Assembly: GCA_016930275.1 (NCBI GenBank)
Contig: JAFGHA010000179.1
Coordinates: forward strand, 1 to 24,672
Direction: 5' to 3'
Length of the DNA: 24,672 nucleotides
DNA from: Chitinispirillaceae bacterium
Lineage (GTDB): Bacteria > Fibrobacterota > Chitinivibrionia > Chitinivibrionales > Chitinispirillaceae
In this document: positions 1-8,754 of the stretch, in pieces
How the letters are laid out: every line of letters begins with the position of its first letter
Position numbering within the stretch: position 1 is the first letter of the stretch
Translations under genes and position numbers: made by a program
The notes under the pieces: generated by a model
Told to the model about the DNA's origin: nothing
The model's database searches: none
The model's input: only the letters and a program-made list of their open reading frames with translations

Positions 1-477
1 CTGTTTTTAAGCGGTGTCATCGATACCTGCACCGCGCTGCTCGATTCTCTGACCGCGGAAATTCCCCCGGGCGAAACCGCCCGCTACCAGGATTACCGCT
101 ACTGGCTGCTACGATTCTCGGACACACCGGAGGCGCTTGCCAAATTCATCCGAATCGAATATACTTTGTATAAGGGTGACCTGAACGGGGCTGGCCGGCA
201 GTTTTGTGAATCCGTCGGCAGTCTGAACGAAGCGTGGCGCATCGGCGTGCGCGTCGCGCGACGACTGATTGAAGGAAACGATGCCGCCGCAGCGGTCAAG
301 ACACTGAAGTGCGCACCGGCCGAAAAGGAACCGGAATATTGTTATTACCTTGCCGAAGCACTGCTTCACAACAGGGCGAACGGAGAGGCGCGCACCCTGC
401 TGCAGCGGCTGGTACTCGAATTTCCGGCCAATCAGTACTCGACACGGGCACGTCTGTTACTTGCCAGGGTCCCGTAG
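1..477 (+). CDS. 3' part of a helical-repeat (TPR-like) protein; the 5' end lies outside the window
   Basis: Frame 1 is open from nt 1 (LFLSGVIDTCTALLDSL...) and runs through the listed 166..477 ORF to TAG at 475-477. The C-terminal YYLAEALLHNRANGEARTLLQRLVLEFPANQYSTRARLLLA looks like a TPR/YbgF-type helical hairpin. No catalytic motif is visible. Confidence 0.5.
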   Translation: MFLSGVIDTCTALLDSLTAEIPPGETARYQDYRYWLLRFSDTPEALAKFIRIEYTLYKGDLNGAGRQFCESVGSLNEAWRIGVRVARRLIEGNDAAAAVKTLKCAPAEKEPEYCYYLAEALLHNRANGEARTLLQRLVLEFPANQYSTRARLLLARVP

Positions 478-504
478 GATATATCTTACCAGAGGAGAAA
501 CCGC

Positions 505-750
505 ATGAGCATCAGATGGCTCAGAAACGTCATCATCGACAATGAGAAAAGCACCATAGAAATCCAGATCGGCGACAGACGGATAGGCGATAAATGCTAT
601 ACCCGTATCAATCAGGAAACCGAAGTCTGGTTCGAGAACGCTTTTTTAGAAAGAACCGACATCATCGCTCAGGGAATCGACATCCTGAAACGCCGCCTGG
701 AAGGGAAGACCGTAACCAACCCCGACGGGACTCCGTATGCGTGGAATTAA
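505..750 (+). CDS. small hypothetical protein (81 aa)
   Basis: The ATG is preceded by AGAGGAGAAACCGC, a good Shine-Dalgarno sequence with good spacing. The ORF is on the same strand as its neighbours and its 3' end overlaps the next gene's start by 14 nt, which suggests translational coupling. I recognise no family. Confidence 0.45.
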   Translation: MSIRWLRNVIIDNEKSTIEIQIGDRRIGDKCYTRINQETEVWFENAFLERTDIIAQGIDILKRRLEGKTVTNPDGTPYAWN

Positions 751-3256
751 GCCTCAACCCGAGGCGAAAAAATGGGTCGTCATCCACGGACATTTCTATC
801 AGCCCCCCCGGGAAAACCCCTGGCTTGACCATATTGAGACACAGCCGAGTGCCGCACCGCATCACGACTGGAACGAGCGGATATATGCGGAGTGCTACCG
901 GCCCAACGGGTATTCGCGGCTGCTCGATCCCGACGGCATGATTACCGGTATACACAACAACTATCGTGACTTGAGTTTCAACTTCGGCCCTACGCTCATG
1001 TCGTGGCTTGAAGACAAACACCCCGTCACGACACAACGCATTATCGAAGGTGACCGTACGTCGGTGCAGCAATCCGGAGGCCACGGGAACGCCGTGGCGC
1101 AGGTATACAATCATATCATCATGCCGCTCGCTTCCCGCCACGACCAGATCACGCAGCTGCGGTGGGCGAAGGAATCGTTCAGGATAACCTTCAACAGAGA
1201 ACCGGAAGGCATCTGGCTTGCCGAAACCGCCATCAACATGGAAACCGCCCAGTGTCTCATCGACGAACATTTTTCTTTTGTCATTCTTGCACCGCAACAG
1301 GCGGATGCTTTCCGGTCGCTTGACGGATCAGCCGACTGGATCTCCACCGCCGACCATCCCGTCGATACGAGACGCCCGTATCGGCTCTTCGCCCGTAACG
1401 CCGCCGGTAAAAAAAGCGGCGGCCACCTCGATGTATTCTTTTTTGACGAGGGACTTTCAAAGGAAGTCAGTTTCAATGATCTGCTGCAGGATGCGCACAC
1501 CCTGGGCAACCGCATCAATGAGTGCTATTCTCCGGGAATGAAAACCGACGAGGTGGTCGTCATCGCGACCGACGGCGAAACGTTCGGGCACCACAAACCG
1601 TTCGGGGACATGTGCCTCGCCTATTTCTTCACCAATGTCGCTCCCGCGCTCGGTATACAACCGGTCAATTTCGCCACGTATCTCGCCCACCATCCGCCGC
1701 AGCACGAGGTGCGGCTCAAGAACGCCTTCGGCGAGGGAACCGCCTGGAGCTGCGCCCACGGAGTAGGCAGATGGACACGGGATTGCGGCTGCTCGACCGG
1801 CGGTGGTAAGGGATGGCACCAGAAATGGCGCGGACCGCTGCGGCAGGCGCTTGACAATCTGCAGGAATCGGTCGACGAGGCCTACTGCGCGGCATGTGAA
1901 ACGTTCGGTCTCGATCCGTGGAAACTGCGCAACCGGTACGGTACCCTGCTCAACCGGCAGACAAAGACCAGCTGGGGCCGGCTGCTCTCTTCGCAGAGAC
2001 CGAAAAAGAAAATCGCTCCGGAAGCTTCCAAAAAACTGCATCGCCTGCTCGAAGCACAGAAATTCATGCTGTTTTCATACACCTCGTGCGGCTGGTTCTT
2101 TTCCGAAATCAGCGGTATCGAACCGATGCAGAATCTCGCCTACGCCTGCAGAGCCCTGCAGCTCGGCATCGGACCCGACCGGCAGCCGGAAGTGCTCGAA
2201 ACCTTCATGCGCGATCTTTCGCATGCACCCAGTAATCTCAATAACGATACCGGTGCGACCCTCTTCGAACGGCTGGTCCTTCCCTACTTTTTCCATGAAC
2301 GGATGCTTGCTTTCGCCGCCGCTATGAAGGCAGCACTCGCCGTAACCCGGAAACACAGTTACGAACAGCACGGCTATCACTACAGGATCGAAAGTCTCTT
2401 CCCCGAGGAAGCCGCCGCTTCGGACGAAACACCTGATGAGTGGCCGCAGCTCTTTCATATCCTGATCGACCATACCGCATCGGGAGAAGCCGGCGAATGG
2501 CTGGTGATCATCGACGTGAGCAACCGGTTGGAACCTCTCGGGTGGGTGTTGCCCTGGAAGGGAATCCCGAATACGCAGGTCACCGATCCGATATGGCTCA
2601 CCAGTAATCCCGATACGCAACTGTACCTGCTGACCGACATTTTTCCCTCCCTGCGTGACGACATCGCACAGGTGTATCTGGAACGGATCGCCCGCCACTC
2701 GGAAAGCAGGTTTGAATCGTGGCTGCGTATCAACGAGCAGGATCTTTCGCTGCTTCAGTCGTTCCACCCCGACCTGCCTGATCATTTCAAGGCACCGTTA
2801 CGGTTTGAACTGCAGAAAGAGTGGGATACGACCTTTTCCCGGCTCGAAAAACCGGGTACCGAGGCAGACTGTATCGAACAACTTGCCGCGATTGCACAAC
2901 GGGCGACCCATTTCCGCTGCTCGCTTGAATTCACACCGTCCGGCAGGCTTGCGGAAAAACTTCTCACCGGTGAACTCGATGCACTCACCCATGAGCTTTC
3001 CATCGAGCAATGCGACCGGATCAGGTACCTTCTCAATACGGTCGACCGTTTTTCCCTTCCGGTATCCAAGCATCGTCTCGAAGATATCTTTCAACCGGTA
3101 CTTTCCGGCCCGGTTGCGGATTTGCACCGGGAAATCACCTCTCCCTTACAAAAAGATACCGAGATAATTGAAGAGAATAAAAGAGAATTATTGTTGAAAT
3201 TATTGAATTTTGCACGGAGGATGAATTTTAACACCGATACCTTCCCGCTTCCCTGA
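737..3256 (+). CDS. glycoside hydrolase family 57 protein (alpha-glucan-active) with a long helical C-terminal extension (DUF3536-like)
   Basis: The N-terminus WVVIHGHFYQPPRENPW, followed by NFGPTLMSWLE, GIWLAETA and ATDGETFGHH, matches the conserved GH57 motif order. The 839-aa length is typical of the long GH57+DUF3536 form. Confidence 0.9.
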   Translation: MRGIKPQPEAKKWVVIHGHFYQPPRENPWLDHIETQPSAAPHHDWNERIYAECYRPNGYSRLLDPDGMITGIHNNYRDLSFNFGPTLMSWLEDKHPVTTQRIIEGDRTSVQQSGGHGNAVAQVYNHIIMPLASRHDQITQLRWAKESFRITFNREPEGIWLAETAINMETAQCLIDEHFSFVILAPQQADAFRSLDGSADWISTADHPVDTRRPYRLFARNAAGKKSGGHLDVFFFDEGLSKEVSFNDLLQDAHTLGNRINECYSPGMKTDEVVVIATDGETFGHHKPFGDMCLAYFFTNVAPALGIQPVNFATYLAHHPPQHEVRLKNAFGEGTAWSCAHGVGRWTRDCGCSTGGGKGWHQKWRGPLRQALDNLQESVDEAYCAACETFGLDPWKLRNRYGTLLNRQTKTSWGRLLSSQRPKKKIAPEASKKLHRLLEAQKFMLFSYTSCGWFFSEISGIEPMQNLAYACRALQLGIGPDRQPEVLETFMRDLSHAPSNLNNDTGATLFERLVLPYFFHERMLAFAAAMKAALAVTRKHSYEQHGYHYRIESLFPEEAAASDETPDEWPQLFHILIDHTASGEAGEWLVIIDVSNRLEPLGWVLPWKGIPNTQVTDPIWLTSNPDTQLYLLTDIFPSLRDDIAQVYLERIARHSESRFESWLRINEQDLSLLQSFHPDLPDHFKAPLRFELQKEWDTTFSRLEKPGTEADCIEQLAAIAQRATHFRCSLEFTPSGRLAEKLLTGELDALTHELSIEQCDRIRYLLNTVDRFSLPVSKHRLEDIFQPVLSGPVADLHREITSPLQKDTEIIEENKRELLLKLLNFARRMNFNTDTFPLP

Positions 3257-3373
3257 ACGCTGCCTGCAAATTGTATGCGGAAAAGTAATACGTTGCTTTC
3301 ACCTCCAGCTGTAGCTATATTTATTAATAGTTTCAGTAATGCTGCAAGCATAAAAAGGAGGTTGAAACCTGCC

Positions 3374-3634
3374 ATGACACCAAGCTTTATAATCATACTT
3401 CTAGTTCAGGTTTTCATACTCCTTCTCGGTCTTTCAATCGGACACAGTATCGTTCTTTACAAGCTGCGTGCTGAAGAGAACCGCAAACGGGAACTGGAAC
3501 TCTCCCTGCTCGAAAAGCGTTCGGAAATACTCATGCAGGGTAAAAAAATCGCGCACGATCTCGAAGAAGTGCTCTACAAGGCGAAGGTGCAGCAGGAGAT
3601 CGACGATATCATCAGGAAGAATCAGAATAAATAA
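3374..3634 (+). CDS. small membrane-anchored coiled-coil protein (hypothetical)
   Basis: The track ORF begins at 3275, but the in-frame ATG at 3374 follows AAAAGGAGG with an 11-12 nt spacer. The product MTPSFIIILLVQVFILLLGLSIGHSIVL is one TM helix followed by a charged heptad-like tail. A strong terminator lies just downstream. Confidence 0.5.
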   Translation: MTPSFIIILLVQVFILLLGLSIGHSIVLYKLRAEENRKRELELSLLEKRSEILMQGKKIAHDLEEVLYKAKVQQEIDDIIRKNQNK

Positions 3635-3658
3635 CAGGTTGATCCGAAAATATTTCCG

Positions 3659-3691
3659 GGTATTATCAGTTTATGATAATACCTTTTTTTT
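3659..3691 (+). terminator. Rho-independent terminator
   Basis: Perfect 10-bp stem GGTATTATCA / TGATAATACC (3659-3668 / 3674-3683) with loop GTTTA, followed by a run of eight T (3684-3691). Confidence 0.8.
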
Positions 3692-3769
3692 ATTTTCGCT
3701 GTCCGGTCACGGCAACTGTCCTGATCCTGAAAACGACGATCGTTATCGGAACCATCCAGTGGAGTCCGT

Positions 3770-4549
3770 ATGAAAATTCTGCTCTGTGTTTATTCGAACA
3801 TGGGAAATACCCTGGCTGCCTGCGAATACCTCATCAGAAAGCTTCCGCAACAGGATATACTTCTTCACGACATCACCTCAAGCGACGATGTCAACCTTGA
3901 CCTGTATGATGCGGTCGGATTCGCCACCTGGTCGCATTTCCTCGTTTCCCCGGCTCTTTTCTCCCGTTTTGTCAATTCGTTGCCGCGCCGGAGCGGCACA
4001 CCGGCGTTCGTATTCAATACGTTCGGTAATTTCAATGCCGGCACGCTGGCGCATATCTGCAGTCTGGTTGCAAAACGCGGCTTCAAAATCATTGCCGCCG
4101 ATGCGCTGCATATGCCCGATACGCGTCCCGTCATGATCTGCATGCACAACGCGAATGCCGACGCACCGCACAAAGAGGAGCTCGATGCATTCGACCGTTT
4201 CATCAGCCGGCTTGCCGGACTTCTTTCCGGCGACATCTCCACCGCCCCCATCTTCAGACTGCCGCCCTCCCGCCGATTCGCGCTCCGCCTCCCCCGCTGG
4301 CTCGGTACCTGGCAGATGGGACCGAAGTTTGTTGATGCGGACACATGTATCCGGTGTGGTCTCTGCGCGCGGAACTGCCCCTACGGGGCCATCACGATGG
4401 ATGGTCTTCCCCGGTTCCATGAATCGAAATGCGCCGCCTGCTGGCGCTGTTACAACCGCTGCCCCACCCAGGCGATTTACACGAAGAAATACCGGGGCCG
4501 GGGGCATTACCCGGAACCGCTGCCGGCAGTGCGGGAGAAGCTGGAATAA
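3770..4549 (+). CDS. flavodoxin-like domain fused to a 2x[4Fe-4S] ferredoxin domain (EFR1-type ferredoxin)
   Basis: The N-terminal MKILLCVYSNMGNT...AVGFATW resembles a flavodoxin-like fold. The C-terminus has two cluster motifs, CIRCGLCARNCP and CAACWRCYNRCP. Confidence 0.85.
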   Translation: MKILLCVYSNMGNTLAACEYLIRKLPQQDILLHDITSSDDVNLDLYDAVGFATWSHFLVSPALFSRFVNSLPRRSGTPAFVFNTFGNFNAGTLAHICSLVAKRGFKIIAADALHMPDTRPVMICMHNANADAPHKEELDAFDRFISRLAGLLSGDISTAPIFRLPPSRRFALRLPRWLGTWQMGPKFVDADTCIRCGLCARNCPYGAITMDGLPRFHESKCAACWRCYNRCPTQAIYTKKYRGRGHYPEPLPAVREKLE

Positions 4550-4677
4550 GCTCGATCCCGAGATGCGATTACGCTTCTGTCATACTCCTCAGGAGAACGT
4601 TCTTCTCAATTGCTCATTTTAAATAGTATCATTATTATTTACGCAGCTGCGGATCAACAGCAACCTGTGGGAACCCC

Positions 4678-5571
4678 ATGTACCTCTTCTCACGAAATTA
4701 TTTCAAAGACGTTTTTCAGAACCCGGGCGACGCGCTGCTCATCCTGCGACGACAACGGAGTATCGTCTGGTACCAGTTAACCCGATTCTTCATTTTCTGG
4801 CGGATCGTGTTTTCGGAGTACGTGCTTAACCACTGCATCACCCGCAGTTCGGCGCTCGCCTATGCACTGCTGCTCGCCATCGTGCCGCTGGTGACCACCG
4901 CGGCGTTCATGATCGCCGGGTTCATCGAGGTGCAGCCCGAGCAGGTGCGGCAGTTCTTCGCACTGCTGCTGCCGTTCGCCCCCGATACCGTCCTTGAATA
5001 CATCACGATATTTTTTGTCAATGCACAGAAACTGCGCGGCGTGGGAATCATCGTGCTGATGGTGGTTGCCGTGGGGCTCTTCGGCAGTGTCGAGGAGTCG
5101 TACAACACCATCTGGAAAGTCGTCCGGTCACGGTCGATCTTCGTGCGGTTGCGTACCTTCACCATGGTGATGGTCTACAGCCCGCTGCTGTTCCTGATGT
5201 CGTTCCAGTTCCGGCGCAGCGAATGGTTCGATCTGGTATCGGGGTATTTCCTGCCGCTCGACATGGTACCCTTTCTCCTCATGGTACTTGCCTTCACCAG
5301 CCTTATCGTATTCGTTCCCAACACCAAGGTAGACTTTGTTTCCGCCATTGCCGGCGGACTCATTTCCGCGCTTTTCTTTGAATTGGAACGGCGGGGATTC
5401 AGCATGATCGTCAGGGCGTCCTTCCAGACCCAGACGATCTACGGCGCGGTCGGCATGCTGCCGCTCTTTCTGCTGTCACTGTTTCTGGCCGCGCTGATCA
5501 TTCTCTTCGGGGCACAGGTCGCGTACGTCTTTCAGAACTTCAAACCGCTCCTGCGTGCGAAACGGCGCTAG
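4678..5571 (+). CDS. YihY/BrkB-family polytopic inner-membrane protein
   Basis: The family-typical RSSALAYALLLAIVPLV motif sits near the N-terminus. At least 6 hydrophobic helices follow, and the tail ends with GAQVAYVFQN, as in YihY/BrkB proteins. Confidence 0.8.
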   Translation: MYLFSRNYFKDVFQNPGDALLILRRQRSIVWYQLTRFFIFWRIVFSEYVLNHCITRSSALAYALLLAIVPLVTTAAFMIAGFIEVQPEQVRQFFALLLPFAPDTVLEYITIFFVNAQKLRGVGIIVLMVVAVGLFGSVEESYNTIWKVVRSRSIFVRLRTFTMVMVYSPLLFLMSFQFRRSEWFDLVSGYFLPLDMVPFLLMVLAFTSLIVFVPNTKVDFVSAIAGGLISALFFELERRGFSMIVRASFQTQTIYGAVGMLPLFLLSLFLAALIILFGAQVAYVFQNFKPLLRAKRR

Positions 5572-5580
5572 GACCGGCGC

Positions 5581-6027
5581 GTGGGCGACTACAAAACCTA
5601 CATCACCATCCGCATGATGCTTGATTGCGTCGAGGCTTTCATCCGCAAACGGCCACCTCCCGTCCTGCGTTTTTTCTGTAACAAGTACGAGCTGACCGAC
5701 GCGCAGGCTTCCGGTATTCTCAACTGGCTCATTCACGAAGGCTTCCTGCACATCGTGGGTGACCGCAACGCCGGGTACGTTCCCACGAGGGACTTTTCCC
5801 AGACGCCGGTGATCGATATCATCAACGCGATCGAAAACCAGAACCGTCGCATCCCGAAGGCTCCCGACGACATCTGCCGGGAATTCGTGCAGGGCATGCT
5901 CGGCACCATCGCGGAACACTGCAGCATGATCATGAAAGATCTCACGTTTGCAATGCTCATCGAAAAAATCGAACAGCAGCGGGGAATTGAACGGAAGAAC
6001 AAAGGATCGCAGCGGAAGAAAAAGTGA
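5581..6027 (+). CDS. hypothetical protein, possibly winged-helix (Rrf2-like) DNA-binding
   Basis: GTG start 9 nt after the yihY-like stop. The segment LTDAQASGILNWLIHEGFLHIVGDRNAGYVPTRD resembles an HTH plus wing. The start codon is uncertain because in-frame Met codons occur at 5614/5617. Confidence 0.45.
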   Translation: MGDYKTYITIRMMLDCVEAFIRKRPPPVLRFFCNKYELTDAQASGILNWLIHEGFLHIVGDRNAGYVPTRDFSQTPVIDIINAIENQNRRIPKAPDDICREFVQGMLGTIAEHCSMIMKDLTFAMLIEKIEQQRGIERKNKGSQRKKK

Positions 6028-6127
6028 CCGGTATGGCAGGAGTGCGGTGAAGTCGGAATATTTATCAATCGTCAAAACCACTATCTAACCAAAATTCATC
6101 GGTCGCCGGTCCACCACCGCCACCCGG

Positions 6128-7972
6128 TCAACCCATTGATGCATCCTCATGCATCCGGCAGATGCACATTCTCTCCCGCTCGAGAATCGCGGGGATGTTC
6201 TGAACCGTCTGAATATCATATTCCTTTATCTCGTCCGGTAACTCCTCCCAATCCACCAGATAAGGACTGATTCTTTTTTCAACATTTTTCTCATTCCCCT
6301 TTTTCCACCCGAAGAGAAACCGCTCCGCGTTCCACCGGCGGTGTTCCATACGGGCAAGCAGCTCGATTTGCTCAGGAGTAAATACCGTCACCCGATCATC
6401 CTTCCCGCATTCATCCGTATCTACAGTATCATACCCGCATGCCCGAAGTTTGACCGGCAGGTGATCGGCCTGCTGCCGGTTCGAATCGCGCAGCGAGGAA
6501 TCGAGTTCCTCCCAGGAACACAGGGAAGGAGACTGAGGATCTCCCCCCTCGAAAATCCGCCTTTGCCGGTAGTCCTCATGAATCGCCCGTGCCGTGTGGT
6601 CAAGTTCCCAGCATTCGAATATTGCAGGCGTGCAGGTTTTGTCGATTCTGCCGAATCCGTGAATATTCAAAAGTTCCTCCCCTGCCTCTTCACTGCGCTG
6701 GAGCAGTACCCCCAGCCCGGAATTGTCATCCAGCCTGATGTACAGGGGGACATCACATTCACCGGTCAGACTCCGGAGCCGCAGCGCGCAGTTGACCGAT
6801 GCCATCGGATCGTTCATGCAGAAGACGACATAAGGAAGCGTATCCGGCAGTGCCATCTGTTCAGCCACGAAGTCACTGAATTCCCGTGTGTTGAAATCCA
6901 TATCTTTAAAGGAAATAGCACTGCACGACGCCAGCGCAGGAAGCACCTGCAGCAGCAACCCGCCTTTCTGAACGGCATCACGGTCGACTACCGTTACCTT
7001 CATCTTTTTCATATTGGCGAAATGGCCAAGCTTCACCGCCTGTAAAATAACGCTCTCCCCCATCGCCCCGAACCCCGCCACAATGCAGTGTATGATCGTG
7101 GGATCATCCGGCGCAATCGGTTTACGGTCAAGCGGAAACTCCCGGAAAAGCATGCGGGCGGCAAGATCGTTGACCCGCACTATCCGGGTGGTACTGTTTT
7201 TTGAAGAGTTTCTGAAAAAACCGCTGCTGGTGCTGATATCGGAAAGCAGCAGGTTGTTCACCGCCAGGTAACAGTTGACACGTCTCCCCGTGGTTTTTTT
7301 CCGGCAGCCGATCAGTCCGTTCACTTTCTCGCCGATTTCAATATTGCTGCCGTCGTCGCCGCTGATCGCATACACCAGCGCCGCTTTGGTGATATTCACT
7401 TTACGCAGCACCATCTCTTCGGCGGCGTCGCCAATGACAACGGGCACTCCCAGTTCCCGGCAGGTTGCGATAAGGTCATTCTCCGCATCGACCTCCACCG
7501 CCACCACCTTTCTGCCGAGGGCACGGTACCCCCGCGCGAGTTCGAGCCCCCGTACTCCCAGACCGCAGATGACCACATGGTCCCGATACAGAGGAAGACG
7601 GAAAAACCGGTGCAGGAGTGCGGCAAATGTTTTAAAAGCAGCATACCCGAAGGTCAGCGGTGCAAGCAACCGTGCGATCGCAAGAATGAGTGGCACCCGA
7701 CTTCCGGTCTCCAGATTCGATTCGAGTACAAAGAGCTGCGCAGTGAGCAGCAGTATTTCCAGAACACTTTGCGGCTGCAGTTTATGCGCGTCCCGCAGCA
7801 CGAAGTAAAACCCTGCTGCACCGAGTACGGCTGCGGTTGCGGCAAGCAGGATAAACACCCGGATCTCATTCTCCCGCCACCAGCTACGCAGTGCATTGGT
7901 ACGGTACACAGGAGCAAGTTCAGTACCAGACCTGAAATATGACGATTGACATGATTTTCTGTTTTTATTCAT
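6128..7972 (-). CDS. channel-like membrane protein: 2 TM helices with a re-entrant-like segment, two TrkA-N/RCK Rossmann domains, and a C-terminal RyR-like domain
   Basis: TM helices are IRVFILLAATAAVLGAAGFYFVL and PLILAIARLLAPLTFGYAAFKTFAALL, with SVLEILLLTAQLFVLESNLE between them and no TVGYG-type filter. Two GxGxxG Rossmann starts are present: VVICGLGVRGLELA...VVAVEVD and CIVAGFGAMGESV...VTVVDRD. The C-terminus ARAIHEDYRQ...WEELD... and LARMEHRRWNAERFLFGWKKG...ISPYLVDWEELPDEIKEYD fits the RyR-domain consensus (EH.RW...GW..G...HP.L.P...L...K..D). GGAG lies 10 nt upstream of the ATG. Confidence 0.8.
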   Translation of the reverse strand: MNKNRKSCQSSYFRSGTELAPVYRTNALRSWWRENEIRVFILLAATAAVLGAAGFYFVLRDAHKLQPQSVLEILLLTAQLFVLESNLETGSRVPLILAIARLLAPLTFGYAAFKTFAALLHRFFRLPLYRDHVVICGLGVRGLELARGYRALGRKVVAVEVDAENDLIATCRELGVPVVIGDAAEEMVLRKVNITKAALVYAISGDDGSNIEIGEKVNGLIGCRKKTTGRRVNCYLAVNNLLLSDISTSSGFFRNSSKNSTTRIVRVNDLAARMLFREFPLDRKPIAPDDPTIIHCIVAGFGAMGESVILQAVKLGHFANMKKMKVTVVDRDAVQKGGLLLQVLPALASCSAISFKDMDFNTREFSDFVAEQMALPDTLPYVVFCMNDPMASVNCALRLRSLTGECDVPLYIRLDDNSGLGVLLQRSEEAGEELLNIHGFGRIDKTCTPAIFECWELDHTARAIHEDYRQRRIFEGGDPQSPSLCSWEELDSSLRDSNRQQADHLPVKLRACGYDTVDTDECGKDDRVTVFTPEQIELLARMEHRRWNAERFLFGWKKGNEKNVEKRISPYLVDWEELPDEIKEYDIQTVQNIPAILERERMCICRMHEDASMG

Positions 7973-8148
7973 CGGCGATTACTCCGGTACACGGATTTCA
8001 GAAAGAGCTAAACAATACAGTACCGTCACGAAATGGTACATGGAAAAATATATATTCCCCATGACGCTGCGTTTGTAGGCGACCGTGATACAATAGCCAT
8101 TACATACAGATCGTTATGTTTATTCAATGATATAAAATAAGTGTCGTC

Positions 8149-8190
8149 ATCCCGGCGACCGCGAAGCAGCGGCGTAAGCCAACCCGGGAT
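8149..8190. repeat. imperfect nested hairpin (REP/MITE-like palindromic element) in a divergent intergenic region
   Basis: ATCCCGG (8149-8155) pairs with CCGGGAT (8184-8190), and an inner CCGC/GCGG stem encloses GAAGCA. The flanking ...GTCATCCCGGCG...CCCGGGATCCAG... resembles the short GC-rich palindromic elements scattered in many bacterial genomes. Confidence 0.3.
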
Positions 8191-8282
8191 CCAGTAGAAA
8201 GATGTCGTAACGCACTTATCTATTCCGGGCTCCGGCCTGAGGCAGAGTATTCATCAGACAACCACATTTAAAGAAACCGCTC

Positions 8283-8744
8283 ATGCAGTCAATCTTCGTT
8301 CTCTTTGCCTTCTGTATTCTGCTGGGTTCTTCGACTGGGAGTACCATAGTTACACAGGAAACCGTCCCGGTCGCGTCGGCCACTTCCCCTACCGGTACCT
8401 TCAAACTGATAACCGTCAACCGTGACTCATCCGTTACGGAAACCGGAACAGACTTTTCCACGGTAGTGAGTAACGATACGGTACCGGTACTCATTCATTT
8501 TTCCGCCGAATGGGCCGCGCCCTGCAAGACAATGCATCCGGTCCTGGTTGAAACGGCGAAAAAGTTCAGTAAACGGGCATTTGTCGGTACAGTGGATATC
8601 GAGGAGTCACCGGAAGTAGGAGCGTATTATATGATCCGCTCGGTTCCGACGTTTGTGGTTCTTGTGAAAGGACGGGAGGTCGCCCGTTCCGTCGGCATGA
8701 TGACCCAGAAGAAGCTTGCCGGTCTGGTTGAGATCAAACGGTAG
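8283..8744 (+). CDS. secreted thioredoxin-fold protein with a degenerate monothiol active site (WAAPC)
   Basis: The signal peptide MQSIFVLFAFCILLGSS is followed by a Thr/Ser/Val-rich linker. The Trx core is VLIHFSAEWAAPCKTMHPVL...VDIEESPEVGAYYMIRSVPTFVVLVKG. The canonical WCGPC is replaced by WAAPC, so the first Cys is lost and the second is kept. Confidence 0.8.
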   Translation: MQSIFVLFAFCILLGSSTGSTIVTQETVPVASATSPTGTFKLITVNRDSSVTETGTDFSTVVSNDTVPVLIHFSAEWAAPCKTMHPVLVETAKKFSKRAFVGTVDIEESPEVGAYYMIRSVPTFVVLVKGREVARSVGMMTQKKLAGLVEIKR

Positions 8745-8754
8745 AACGGTGGAT

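Noticed and set aside
662-2785. Long - strand ORFs (662..1297, 1111..1518, 1457..2041, 2075..2785)
   Set aside because: All are antisense to the GH57 gene, which has unambiguous family motifs.
3275-3373. Upstream extension of the small coiled-coil ORF (track start 3275)
   Set aside because: The ATG at 3374 has a near-consensus AAAGGAGG at correct spacing, and the 33 extra residues have no signal-like or conserved character.
3878-4507. 209-aa - strand ORF
   Set aside because: It is antisense to the flavodoxin/ferredoxin gene, whose Cys-cluster motifs identify the true frame.
4594-4603. 10-bp perfect palindrome AGAACGTTCT downstream of the ferredoxin gene
   Set aside because: It is too short, has no loop so it cannot be a terminator hairpin, and occurs once. 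It may be an operator half-site pair, but nothing else supports that.
6341-7045. 234-aa + strand ORF
   Set aside because: It is antisense to the RCK/RyR gene, which has clear Rossmann and RyR motifs, and it has no RBS or family resemblance.
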